Shown: positions 38,101 to 50,017 of the stretch, one piece after another
How the letters are laid out: each line of letters starts with the position of its first letter
Numbering within the stretch: the first letter of the stretch is position 1
Assembly (NCBI GenBank): GCA_973895155.1
Contig: OZ316895.1
Location: forward strand, 22,270,558-22,334,557
Origin: Marsupella aquatica
Lineage: Eukaryota; Plantae; Marchantiophyta
Direction of reading: 5' to 3'
DNA: 64,000 bases
The notes under the pieces: generated by a model
What the model saw: only the letters and a program-made list of their open reading frames with translations
Told to the model about the DNA's origin: nothing
Database searches by the model: none
Translations under genes and position numbers: made by a program

Positions 38101-39949
38101 GACTAACTTTTCTACTCATCATGTCTAGTCTGGAGTTTGCATAATTTGCCCTCTTCTTTTGAGTTTAGTGTTTGTCAACCCTACACTCTTTTTGCTTTGA
38201 TTCTATCGTACTTTTTTTGGCCCTTTTAAAAATACCTTCATGGTTTTCCTTCTAATGTGCTTACTTGCTTAATCACCCACATTAAGCCCATAGAATAATT
38301 GGAAACGGATACTGTAGCTGACTTGGCTAGGTGGTTTGGGAGTTTTCAGCTATCCAATGTAAGTTAATTTTTGTGTTAATATTTTTCAAATCTAACTGGC
38401 CGTTGTTTTCTTGTGCACGTCGTTTCTCTACATGCTCCCACGTATTGTTCAACGGCCTCGGATTCCTGCTTTATTGTATTTCTAATCCTGAATGCAATTT
38501 GTGCGCTATAATAAATATTAAATGGAAAAAGTCAGAATGCTTGTCAAGGTTTGCCCACTGAAGATATTCCACTTTGCTATCATGCTTGAACTAATTCAAC
38601 TAAGTACTAAAGAGTATTCATTGTCAGCATATATAAGCAGTCTTTAGTAAGCATGACTTCCAGCTGCTTTTACTAACATAGATGGCATAAGTGAGCACTG
38701 CTGGCAGCCGTAGGATTTGGATGGACAAACTCGACTGTCTACGCTTATTCACATATTTTCCTACCAAAATCCTAAGTGTTTTTCAGCCGTAGAGCACCAT
38801 GAGATGCTGCTAAGATAGATACCAGAAGACATTAAGGTCAGATCTTATAAAAAGGGGAAGTAAAAAAATTAAGGTCAGATCTTTCAGTTTTACCTAAAAT
38901 GCCCGTCTTCGACCAAACATAAGATCCTGACCTTGTGTTCACAAATCCAAAAAGATGGATCATTTGACAAAAAGTGGTTATTGTTAGGGACAAAATGCAC
39001 TGTCCATTAGAGAGCATGGGCCGTCTGTTTGAATATGGGTGTCACATTTGAGTAAGGGCATTTTCCAAAGAATGATCAAGTTCAAAATTCATATGTCAAA
39101 GCCCTAGGCTATTACTTGAGTAGAGGCCTTATTTGTCGAATAGGAAGCCCTATCCGTAGTTTCCTCAATGAGCAAAAGGCTACCAATGGCCGAAAGTCTG
39201 ATTATCAAATCTAAGGCTCAGGATTTGAAAAAAAAAACTTTACTATTCAAATAAAAGGCTCAGGCATTGTTTGTGGAAGGCAGAAATTCATAGCATCTCC
39301 AATTCACCAACCTACTGTAGCTTGGCTGAAGATAAACTAGACTACCAAAATCATCCAATTAAAGATGAGCATCTTAAATTCTTAAGAGTGACTTACGTTT
39401 TGTCATTCCCCAACCCAATTATAGCATGCTCGTGCTGTGCATAAAGGTTGTTCACCTTTTCATGGAATGGGCTAAAACGTCGTTCACTTGGGCTCAGAAA
39501 AGACATGAGTACTAAAACTTACGGTGCAACCGATTTTCATTTTTTCTAGTCGTTTGTGGGAGTTAAAGTTTTGGATTTAAGGGGATTCTGCCTAGAGAAA
39601 GATGTGGGAGTTTAATTTTTCTCTATTTTAATTAGGGCGAAATAGAATATTGAAGATACAAAGCGGTGGGAGTATGTTGCTAGGGGCACATGGACCAATT
39701 AGGATTAAAAATCTATTAATAAAGAAAAATAGATTCCTTCCGGCTTTTGCATGACCTGACGATAGTAACTAGGGCATACGGGGCTTAAGTATATCACTTC
39801 CAGATATTGTGCTTTGGTACAATAGGTCACACCGGTAGAGAGAAAGATGCTTGCATGGCATTTTGAAGGTAGTCTAGCACAACTCGATGGGATCACACAA
39901 ACAAAACTGTAATGTATGAATGTAAACTAGCCCAAATACCCATCTGTGT

Positions 39950-40600
39950 GCATACGAAGGGCTCCAGGCTATACACCCACCTGTACGGATACTCCCATGC
40001 TCTTCCCTACTCACAAGAATGAAAGTCTAAATTATGTCAAAATTTTCTGGTACCAGAGCTATTGAGGCCTATATATATGGTTTCATTCTACACATGGAAT
40101 AGGTCATCAATGACAGATTCTAGTATATGTTAAACCTATGCTCGAGTTACATCTAGTATTGCTGGAATACATTATAAGGTTTGCTGATTTCATCATGGTT
40201 GTGGAAGTCCAATCATGTTGGCAATTAATTGACAGACATAACCAAACTTGGTGTTTGATCAAATAAGAGAAATATTAAAATAGGGTTTGAATTGTTACGA
40301 ATTATCATAATAGGCCTTCTGTGTAAGTCATAGATCAGAAAATTCCAGTCTAGCATATTTAGAGTAAATGTTGTGTCTTTCAAAAGGAAAAGTCACTTTA
40401 AGTTTGCTTCCTCATGCCATCACTCATTGGCACTACTTGGCCAAGGTATCAGCAGATTTTGTATAGGATATAAAATTATTAGAGTGCCATCCCTTGTCAT
40501 GGCTTTAATGCCTACAATCATGCAATTCAATAAGTATACCAGTATGATCAAAAATTTCTAATTCAAGTAAATCCCATAATTTTCTATTAGATGTCAAGTT
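39950..40600 (-). mobile_element. Degenerate LINE reverse-transcriptase remnant
   Basis: Minus-strand fragments LLELEIFDH (LDFEKAFD-like, ~40540-40575) and LNML/KYA-like near 40350-40365, in RT order. Many stops. Confidence 0.3.
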
Positions 40601-42140
40601 CCTAGTTCCAGAATTTGTGTGGTACATGCTCTTCAGCCCACTTGCATAGTCCATATTCCCTCTTTCCTGGGAGATTGGTTTGTCCTGGTTTCCTTGGTTG
40701 GCCTTTTGGCTCTGTTTTACTTTCCTTCAAAGAAACTATGAAGGGTTTTCCCCCACCTGGGATCTTTGGCCACTTGCATGGCTTGTTGTCCTTAGGGTTA
40801 GCTTCCTCCTGCCCTTCCTTTCCCCCCAAAAAAGATAATATTAACAAAATTGTAAGGGTTGTGTTGTTGAGAACTGGGGACCTTTAGTCAACATCCACCC
40901 CCAAGGCATCAAAGGTGATTTAAAGTAAATTATTCTTCCAAGAAAAATGGGGTGAAAACCCTGCTATTCAACTGGCCAACAGGCACCATGGAGGTGATTC
41001 CCAGTTACTATGTAGTAGAATTCGATGAGGTCAAGACTTAGTTTCTTGGACTGGAATCCCACCAAGAGACAAGGGCTACATGCCAATTAATAGTCAAACT
41101 CCAAAAAACAGGAAAGAAACGCCTTTGGTTGCATAGGTCAAAGCCAATTGAAGACGAATTGTAAAGAAAGCAAACGAAAATCTAGACAACTGATGAACTT
41201 AGAAAGGAAAGAATAATTATTATTTATTTAATCTCAGAATATGCATGTATCTTAGTGAAAACGTGACAAAACCCACATTAAAACTACTTCCACTTGCTGG
41301 GTTCGAAAGGGTTGTTGATTGATAGCAAAGGCAAGTCTTCTAATTATGGAACCTGATGGGCAATGGCATCAGCATGTTGGCATGCAACCCCGCAAGATGG
41401 CGGAACTACTTTACATTTTATGCCTTGCTATGAAAGTCGTTGCATTTTGACTAGATAAAAGATCTAGTACTGACTGTAGAGACTCGTTGAAACTTCAAGT
41501 GATGTTTGTTTCAAGACTGAGAAAACGATTTATTGTTTGATCTGTTATTTTCTTGATACTAGAATTATACCTAACCTCTTCATTGTCTCATGAATGTATG
41601 TTGTGGTTGCCTTCCCTCCTTGGGGAATCACTCATTGGATTATTAAATTAGGGTGCAAATAAATAAAGGTTACTTTTAATCTTGTCAGGCTAATCATTAT
41701 AATCAAACACACATACTAAAAAGGCATTTCAAAAATCCAATTTTGATAAAAATATTAGTTTTAATATTCAGCAAGGTATTTAAAAAAATTTCAAAGTCTT
41801 ATCATGAAGGGTACAAGGGCTTTTTAATTCTATTTTATTGGTTTGTTCTAGCGTGTTTTCCCAGGCCCTTCTCTTATTGTCTGGCTTTCCTTTTTTAGGC
41901 AGGCTTCTTTGGGCCATTCTTTCTCGGCCAGCATCTGCCTCCAACCTTCAGTTCCCACAGCCCTTCCACACTGCATGTCAAGTTGAGATTACCCTGAAGC
42001 GACAAGCGGCTCAGATTGTCTTTGCATGTTTTAGAGATGAAAAGGAAAACCCTTGGCAATGGCTTTTGAGGGCTAGTGGAATACACACCAGCAGTTCCTT
42101 TGAACAAACCCTCAACCCTTAACTGGGCCCTAAACTTTAA

Positions 42141-42440
42141 CACCCCCCCCCCCCCCCTCTCTTCAGCTTTGTTACCCAACTAGGTACATTTTCTTCCCCG
42201 GCTCTTTTTAACAGGTTGCCTTGTACTATTGGGTTCTTTGGCCCTCTCTCTAACATTCATTTGGTCTCATCCGTCCCTTTAATTCCCTCCACCCCCCCTC
42301 AGGCAGTCCCCTTCCCCCCCCCCCTTCCTTCAACTCAAGCTTCAACTTTGTTTCCCAACTAAGTAGATTTTCTTCGCCGGCTCCTTTAACAGGTTGCCTT
42401 GTACTTTGGGTTCTTTGGCCGTCCCTCTAACATTCCTTTG
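42141..42440. repeat. ~180-bp direct duplication with poly-C tracts
   Basis: cttca.ctttgtt.cccaacta.gta.attttcttc.ccggctc.ttt..aacaggttgccttgtact..tgggttctttggcc...ctctaacattc at ~42161 and ~42340. Confidence 0.85.
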
Positions 42441-42788
42441 TCTCCCTACATGCATATTGCTAGGAGAGACGAGATTGTCTATGTATCCACTTAGTTAGGG
42501 AACTATGCACACTAAGGATATGAAGGAAATATTTACCTGGGACGGCATTCTACAAGGTAAACTCTTCCATCTTGATATAATTATGAGCAAGGGCAAAAGG
42601 GTGAATCAGTCTTTGTAAGAGAAATCGGTGGACATGATCTTCACACCTTCAAATATAATTAGTTGTTGCCAACTATCCAAGATCTATCATCTTATGTCAG
42701 TGATGCTTTTCACTGAGAAGAAGCCTAAGCCCTAAACATGGGAGTAAACAAAAACCTCCTTCTTCATAATTGACCAAGTGCTCCTTTC

Positions 42789-43131
42789 TGTTGAGCATAG
42801 ACAACACTCGTAACGGTAAGCACATGACACATCCACTGCGTAAGTAGTTGACACAAGAGATACGTGGTTCACCTCCTTGAGGCTACGTCCACGGGAACAC
42901 ACAAGAGAGCTTTACTGAACTCTAAGCCCGTCGGCCATACCAAGTCTCCACAGTGTAAGCTCTCTTCATCTCTCAAGTGGCTCCATAACAATGAGCCTAA
43001 GTTCCACTTATCCAAGCAAACACCGCTTGGCATATAGTGTGCATCCTAGTTAACCTAACCACGTCTCTGACTATGGTTAGTCTAACTACGGTTACATGCC
43101 ATAACCCTAGACCTTGAGTAAATACCTAACA
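42789..43131. mobile_element. Solo LTR (343 bp), probably Ty1/copia-type
   Basis: TGTT...AACA termini, flanked by an exact 5-bp target-site duplication CTTTC (42784-42788 and 43132-43136). The internal tacgtggttc...ctacgtccac motif resembles plant copia LTRs. Confidence 0.85.
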
Positions 43132-44778
43132 CTTTCAACCACAATTATTTTATCAATGGCCCAAAGCAAAGCTCTGAACGACAAATGGGACCTGCTGGTC
43201 AACATAGGTGGCCAAGGTGGATCCGTAACCAACAGGTCTCAAGTTCAATCTTGGACGAGACAATTATGGTAACATGGATTCTATTCCAAAGGAGAAATTA
43301 TGGTGGCTTTACAAGATGTGAGGGGCACTGAAACTAGCTCTTAATGTTCTTCTTGCTGCTCTTGTTGGCACAATTGTTGATGTTTGGGCATTTCGTTTGT
43401 GCAGTCCTCATCCAGACCCAAAGTAGGACCAAGTGTACTCCACTCAGATCCATTAAACTCATTGTCTGGGGATGGACTGCTGACAACTTGAGCCTTGTTC
43501 TCCGTAACCAATCACTTCACAAAAACAATACCATCAGTCTAACTGAACTCATCATTATGAAACTTGTACTAATAACAAGCAAAAACCTACATACTATCAA
43601 CATCTCATGAAATGATTTATCTTATCCTATACCATAAGATCATATGAAGAAGTGCATCAGGTCAGCCCCCTCCATACACCACCCCACTAGTTGAACCTCC
43701 ATCTGACCTAAAACTAAGCTTTCTGCCCATGATTTTTGGCATGTTTCTTTTATTGTAAGAATGGAATATGTTCTTTCAGAAAGGACAATTTTCGTTCACT
43801 AATGCTATCACAGGCCAATTGAACAAGGGCATCAAATAGTAGTGACGAGGAGGGACATCAAATATCATATTACAGATCACTTGCCAGCTTCAGAAACCAT
43901 AATCCTTCATTCCTACTACTGGTGTGAAGTGGTTTGAGTCTATGGAGTGCTCTTTAGTAGATTGATTGATTCTTTAGTTGATTCCTACGTTAGCAAAAAT
44001 TTTCTAGCATTTGTGGATTCCATATTTTGTCGATGAGATCCGGAATAGACAAGATTATCATCTAGCAAGAAAAATCCAGCAGGTGATGTCCGCCACAATG
44101 AGGCAGATAGGTGGAGCTAAACTTTTTCGAATCACACAGATCTCCTGTCTAAAAGGATCGCCGTGAACCTCAACAGCTCAGTCTCAATCAAAATGAGCCT
44201 AAGATATCGACATGGTGATCAGAAAGGCAAGCCTCAGTCGTTCCATCCAACAAATATGCAAACAAAAGAGCTCATTGGACGTGTCGTACTTAAAGTTAGG
44301 CATTCGCTAATTACAAAATGCAAAATCTCGGACAATGCTTATTTAAAACTCTAACTTAAGCCTAGGGGTCCTTTCCTCAAATGATGGACGCGTGAAAGCG
44401 TGGAAATGCCAACTACTGTAGTGCCTCATGTGTCAAATTGAAATTCAACATACACACTTCATAACCAACGCTATCCACCTGCTCCTATAGAACAGACAAA
44501 GCCTTTTCTATCGTGGAGGTCCATAACAATGCACTTTCCATCGGTCAAAATCCTTGCTATGGGCAGAACCACTCTGGCTCCAATGTAACAACTCACTTAG
44601 CTATGTACTTAAGCTTGAGGAGAGAGCACCAAGCAACTACCAGGGGAATAAAATACACCTTCACAAAGCTGTCAACGACGTAAAATATGTGTTAGGAAGC
44701 CCATAAGTTTCTTCATCTCTTATCAGGAGATTGCCAAGGGTACTTCAGCAGATGCGGAGTATGAAGAGGCCCCCGATG

Positions 44779-46414
44779 CTAGTCTTGCTTTCTTGAGCTT
44801 GCTTGAGAAGCCAGTTCTTTCTCCCTTCTGCTTAATTCTTCATATTTCTCCCTTTGTGAGTCTCGCACAATAAAGAGAAGAGTTTCCACTAGCATCCCTG
44901 CTATCAAACCCAGTGCTCCACCCGCTGCATGCTGCAAATCTCACCCACTACGACTTTAGAATTTTCTTGAGAATAAACTTGACTTTTGCACATACCATTA
45001 ACAAATGTAAAAGAGAGTAAACGGAGGACATAGTCTTGTTCCCATCCATGCGTCACTTAGTATGAGACTCCTGTAACAAAGCACAGCTTATAAAATCGAA
45101 GACACCGTTCTTCACGGTATTCAGACTGAATTGCTGCACAATTGTATCGGGTCCGAAAAGCATCACTAACAGCAATAGAGTCCACATTCATAAAAGCACA
45201 AACTTACAAGAGCAGGAGTTTCACGAAATAATGAACGGAAGACTGTGTAACCAATTGCAAAACCGGTGAACATAGTTAGTGCCACGTGCAGACCTGTCAC
45301 ATCACAAAACAAATATTAATTCAGGCAAATTGGTGCCCACTACCAGTGCACTTGAGACAACTGGGGCATTAACCATTTAATGTGGACAATCATTACCTAC
45401 ATTATCAACCCCTCAGTCTAAGCGAAAATATCGACATCACACCAATAGTCCAAACAACTCTCACGATGAACTTCATGTATATCTAGAAACAGATACACCA
45501 GTTACAAGACCTCAGCAAGACAATCCCTCGGCATGAGTGTGCAACAGCAAAATCGTCTACCAATGGAGTTGGATACTCAACCGAAACCGAGCTGATCTTT
45601 GTAGGAGGAAAAGTACTCTTCCTCTTTGGTGTGCTTTGTGATATCGTGCACCAGCTCGTCGTACTGCTTTCTATCTGCCAACTCCTGCAACTTCTTCAGT
45701 CTTGCTTTCAACTCCTTACTCTGCATATCAAAAACGTTTTCATGTGCATACCATTTTAGTCCCCAAGGTGTAAATTTATTGGACTTCAGAAACACATTCA
45801 CACATTTCCTGTGCTGAGGGATTCATGAATTCTGCTCAATCCAGTAAGGCGACAAGCAAAAGGCTTCAGAAATAAGTAAACATCCCTCTGTGTATCGCCT
45901 ACAGAGAGTTTCACTCTCCAATGCTAAATCCATTGACCTGTGGATTCTACAGTAGTGCTGCTGATTAGATTATTAAAATCAGTTACTTTGTCTACGATCT
46001 CTGCCCACAACATGATATTTTGTTCCCAACCCCCAACTCAATTAGCGTACTCGACCAGTAGTTTTCGAGATGTTCCTTACAAATGAATCAATATGAACAA
46101 AGATGCAGTTACTCCGATCAACATCTTCATTCGGAGGAACGAAAGCACACCTTTTCACGGGGTTTAGGGCTCTCCAGGAAGATCGAAGAACCGGCGAGGA
46201 CTTGGTGAATTGGCAACCGGTCGCCTGGTCCAAGTTCTCTATATACATCCCTAAGGAAGACGAAAGGAACCACCAGGGATTCATCTCCTGCGTAGTTTAG
46301 TGCCGTCACACGGGACTTCTCAGACACCGTTGTGGTAGCAGCTACCGTTCGGAGAAACCCACGTAGCTTTGGAGCGCTCTGAAACTTCAGCCCAGCCTCT
46401 TCTCCCACCTCCAT
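44779..46414 (-). CDS. ER V-ATPase assembly factor Vma12/TMEM199-like. Exons 46414-46151, 45720-45582, 45293-45208, 44931-44779
   Basis: Spliced product ...LESPKPREKSKELKARLKKLQELADRKQYDELVHDIT...FSSYKDQLGFGLHVALTMFTGFAIGY...HAAGGALGLIAGMLVETLLFIVR, with two C-terminal TM helices. GT-AG introns in phase. Confidence 0.88.
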
Positions 46415-47538
46415 CGCCAACCGTACCCCTCGAACAGGAAGTCCGCCCTTCTGTATTCGGAAGAGCTAGCAGACCTCTTACCCCTTTCTACCCGGTCCCT
46501 TTTGCATCATTGTCCTTGTAGGGATCCAGTGATGGTCAATCGAATTCCCTAGTATCAGTTAAATCGACAGCCAATATATCACCGGAGCTCCTCGTCGTGA
46601 TTGTCACAGTCAGTGAGGTATGGGGTATGCTAGTCTCGCCAATTGTCTACCTGGTCCAAGGTTTACAAAACATTCAGACACGATTAGATACGGAAGTTCG
46701 AGCAGTTGAAACATTTACATTATTATGACTTTTCAACAAAAGACTGCTTGATACTCGTAAATTGAACTGTCCCATTAAATTCGGCCAGAAGAAAAATGTT
46801 GGGATTCATGAATGCTGCTCAATCCTAATAAGCAAGAAGCAAACACTTACGAATCTATATAAAAGTTGGGTTATCCCCTTCTCGTGGCCATTGGCTTGGA
46901 AAATGTCCCTGAATCAATCCATCGACCCTAATTCTGTGCAGCCACCTTCAATAAGGTCCAGAAGTAGCAGTACTCATTTGTGCTTCCAAATATTCCAATT
47001 GCCGTTCAAGGGTCGCCAACTTCTCATTTAACGTCGCCAGCTTACTCCTGGTAGTCGTTTCTGTCCCATTGCCATAGAAGACGGACCATGGCAAAATCAA
47101 TTACGAAAGATTCGTAACAGTGAATGTGAATGTGCACTAGACGTATAGAGAATCCGTGGCCAAAAGCCGTAAAACATGTACTAAAGCTGGCTGCGCCTTG
47201 CGTGGACCAGTCCTTCAAACGAAAACTCGACAAAACTTGAACACTAGAAACGCCAGATCTGCTGAAAAAACTTGGAGGTCCTGCATTTCAGCTGGTCTAC
47301 CTAGGGCTGATGCAATTTCCGGAGGTGCTTACCAAATTGAAGCAGAAACTCAAAAAGGCGGCGCACATTGAGGGCCAAAGAGTTGGAGAATTGACGGTTG
47401 TCCCAGTCCGCCTGCACTGCTATCCCCACGCTCAAACTATTGTTATTCATCCTTGGTGCCGCTCCACCTCACCCTCACCATAAGATTTGTAATCCTCGAC
47501 TGTCAGTCTCACAGTCCAGTGCTGAAATCGAGCCCCAC

Positions 47539-47751
47539 TCTTCTGGAGACCACAGCCAACACCGATGCAACCAGATTGAGCAGCACCGCAGCAGTGAAGA
47601 CCTGTAGTCTGTCTTCCGGAGACCACAGCCAACACCGATGCAACCAGATTGAGCAGCACCGCAGCCGTGAAGACCTGTCGTCTGTCTTCTGGAGACCACA
47701 GCCAACACCGATGCAACCAGATTGAGCAGCACTGCAGCAGTGAAGACCTGT
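47539..47751. repeat. 73-bp tandem repeat x3
   Basis: tcttctggagaccacagccaacaccgatgcaaccagattgagcagcaccgcagcagtgaagacctgt.gtctg at 47539, 47612 and 47685; copies nearly identical. Confidence 0.95.
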
Positions 47752-48856
47752 ATGCTGAAGACAACAACGTCGCAGCAATGCAAGAGCATCACCAATACTC
47801 GTCAGCGCAGATCAACAGACAGATATGGAGAGCAACACCATTTGATGGACCTTAATTACCAAATCAAGATTACAGACAGAGATGTCCGCAAAACTTATGG
47901 ATTACCCAATTCGTAATCCATAACTCTTTCCCATAAAGATTGAGATGGGTCATGTGCCATGATCATAAGTGCAGCACCTTAAGAATCTCATAGCTTAATT
48001 AGGATTAGGGAGATAAAAAATGTTTTAAGGATTGACAAATTCATAATCTGTAACCTTTTGCTGGCCATATGCTATGACCATAAGTGCAACACCTTAGTAC
48101 CAAGTTAAGATTGGACACATGCAGCCTAGAGAGTCATGGCAGTAGCTCCATTGAGTAGAGTAGTGACTCATAGGTCTTGGGTTCAAAAGTTGTGACTGGC
48201 TGATCCCAGTCTATGGGGTTTCACAGATTTTCCCTTAAAAATAAAATTATAAATTAAGATTGGACACATGGACACATGCCATGACTGGAAGTGGTCCAGG
48301 CTAGTTGGACAAAAAAAACCTAGACCTTAAACCCTTTTATATAACCCTGTGAAAAAGCTATTTTCTTTATGGCCAAAAACCATTGTCCGAACACAAAAAG
48401 CTTAGGGAGTCCCGAGTTGAGGTGAGTTTGTTTTTATAGCATGGATGGATCTGGACGGTCTGCCATGTCACTCGGGCTATCAGGTTATTGCATAAAGCTA
48501 TCCTAATGCTTTGTTTTGATGACATGGTATGACCTAGATGGGTACTCTGCCAACTCAGTCGGGTTATTGTTAATGGAAGACAAGCCCAATGCCCCATGTG
48601 TTGTCAATAGTAAGTGATGTCGAGTATGAGTTAGATGGTCGGGCAATCAGACATTGTGGGGAGTCCACAAGTGTTCTTAGAAACTGGATTTCAAAAAATG
48701 TGTGAGTTGTGGGGAGAGTGATTGGTTGTGCAAGGAGAAGGCACATTTAGGCATATCTAATGGTTAAGAAAAAATGTATGTGCAAGGAGAAGGCACATTT
48801 AGGCCTATCTAATGGTAAGGAAAAACTGATTATAAAACCCAACTTAAATTTGGCTT

Positions 48857-49352
48857 GGTTACACACAGGAGATTTCAGGTGTGTAACCATTTTTTGAGGT
48901 CCCTACTATTTCCATAATCTCCTGCCCCTAAAGTCACTATCCTTAACTTTTTTCCCCTACTATGTTTCCATACTATAAGGATGGTTTGGGCTGGGGTTCT
49001 AGTCTGAACCCTATTCCCAAAATGCTCAGAAAAGTTTCCCCTACTCCCGCTGGTCAGCTTTTGGTCATTTTCTTTTGGTCACAAGGTTACCCCCTTTTTG
49101 GTCACAAGGTTACCCCCTAGTAACCCTGTGAGCTCAAAGCGCAGTTATATGACAAGTAAATACTGTCAGGAGAAAAGATTACCTGTGTGTAACCATTTCT
49201 ACAGGGCCTGTTATAGTCATAATCTGTTGCCCTGAAAAGTAGAGTCGGTGACATCTTTCGGGACATGAGTTACATACGCTAGTGCAGGTCTGCCGCCGGT
49301 CAGCTTCTTTTCATATTCAGGACGCAAGGTTACAGCCTAGTAACCCTGCGCC
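48857..49352. repeat. Diverged duplicated / palindromic repeat block (GGTTAC/GTAACC motifs)
   Basis: Inverted pair ggttacacac...gtgtgtaacc (48857-48888); gtgtgtaaccattt repeated at ~49185; caaggttac...ctagtaaccctg at ~49105 and ~49326. Confidence 0.6.
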
Positions 49353-50017
49353 CAGACCTACATTACCCTATACATTTTATAGATGTTAGGGGCGCCAGGA
49401 AATCTTTCTCAAATGTGAAGCTTCCTTCCAAAAGCAGCCGGTCAGTGTGACTTATAGTGTAAAGTGAGGATGGGCACAACATATCCCTCCGTCCATCCGG
49501 GCTAAATTCTCATTGATTACATGTGTCAATATTTTAATCGATCACCAACTTACTCTAATGCAAAGGTTGCACCATCTCCCAAACCCCATGACGACGCTTG
49601 TCAATCTCCGATCTGTTGCGGCTGCAGCTTGCCGCAGACGCTCCTTGCTTTCAAGGAGGAAAACTTTGATGTGAATTGATGCCGATGCTGTTCCCGATCG
49701 TTTTCCTGCACGGAGATTGTTCTCCCTTTGAGGGTTTGGAATCATGAAGGAGAACAGTCTGAAAACGTTTGCATGAGCTTAATGCAGATGCTGAATCATT
49801 ACCTGCACAGACAGAGATTGTCCTCCCTTTGAAAGATTCGGAATGAGGGTGAACAATTAGAAAAGGTTGTTGATTGACAATCCACAGTTCTACATCACCG
49901 AGGGAGTGGCTTGGGTTTGGAGTATATAGGGTTTAGTTGGTAGAGTGGCGCAAGCTTCTGAATCCGGATTTCAGATGTACTCTTCTCATTCACCTTCTGT
50001 GAAGCCTGCCTCAAGCC

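Noticed and set aside
47398-47916. Cluster of ORFs on both strands
   Set aside because: Produced by the stop-poor 73-bp repeat; the same peptides recur in shifting frames.
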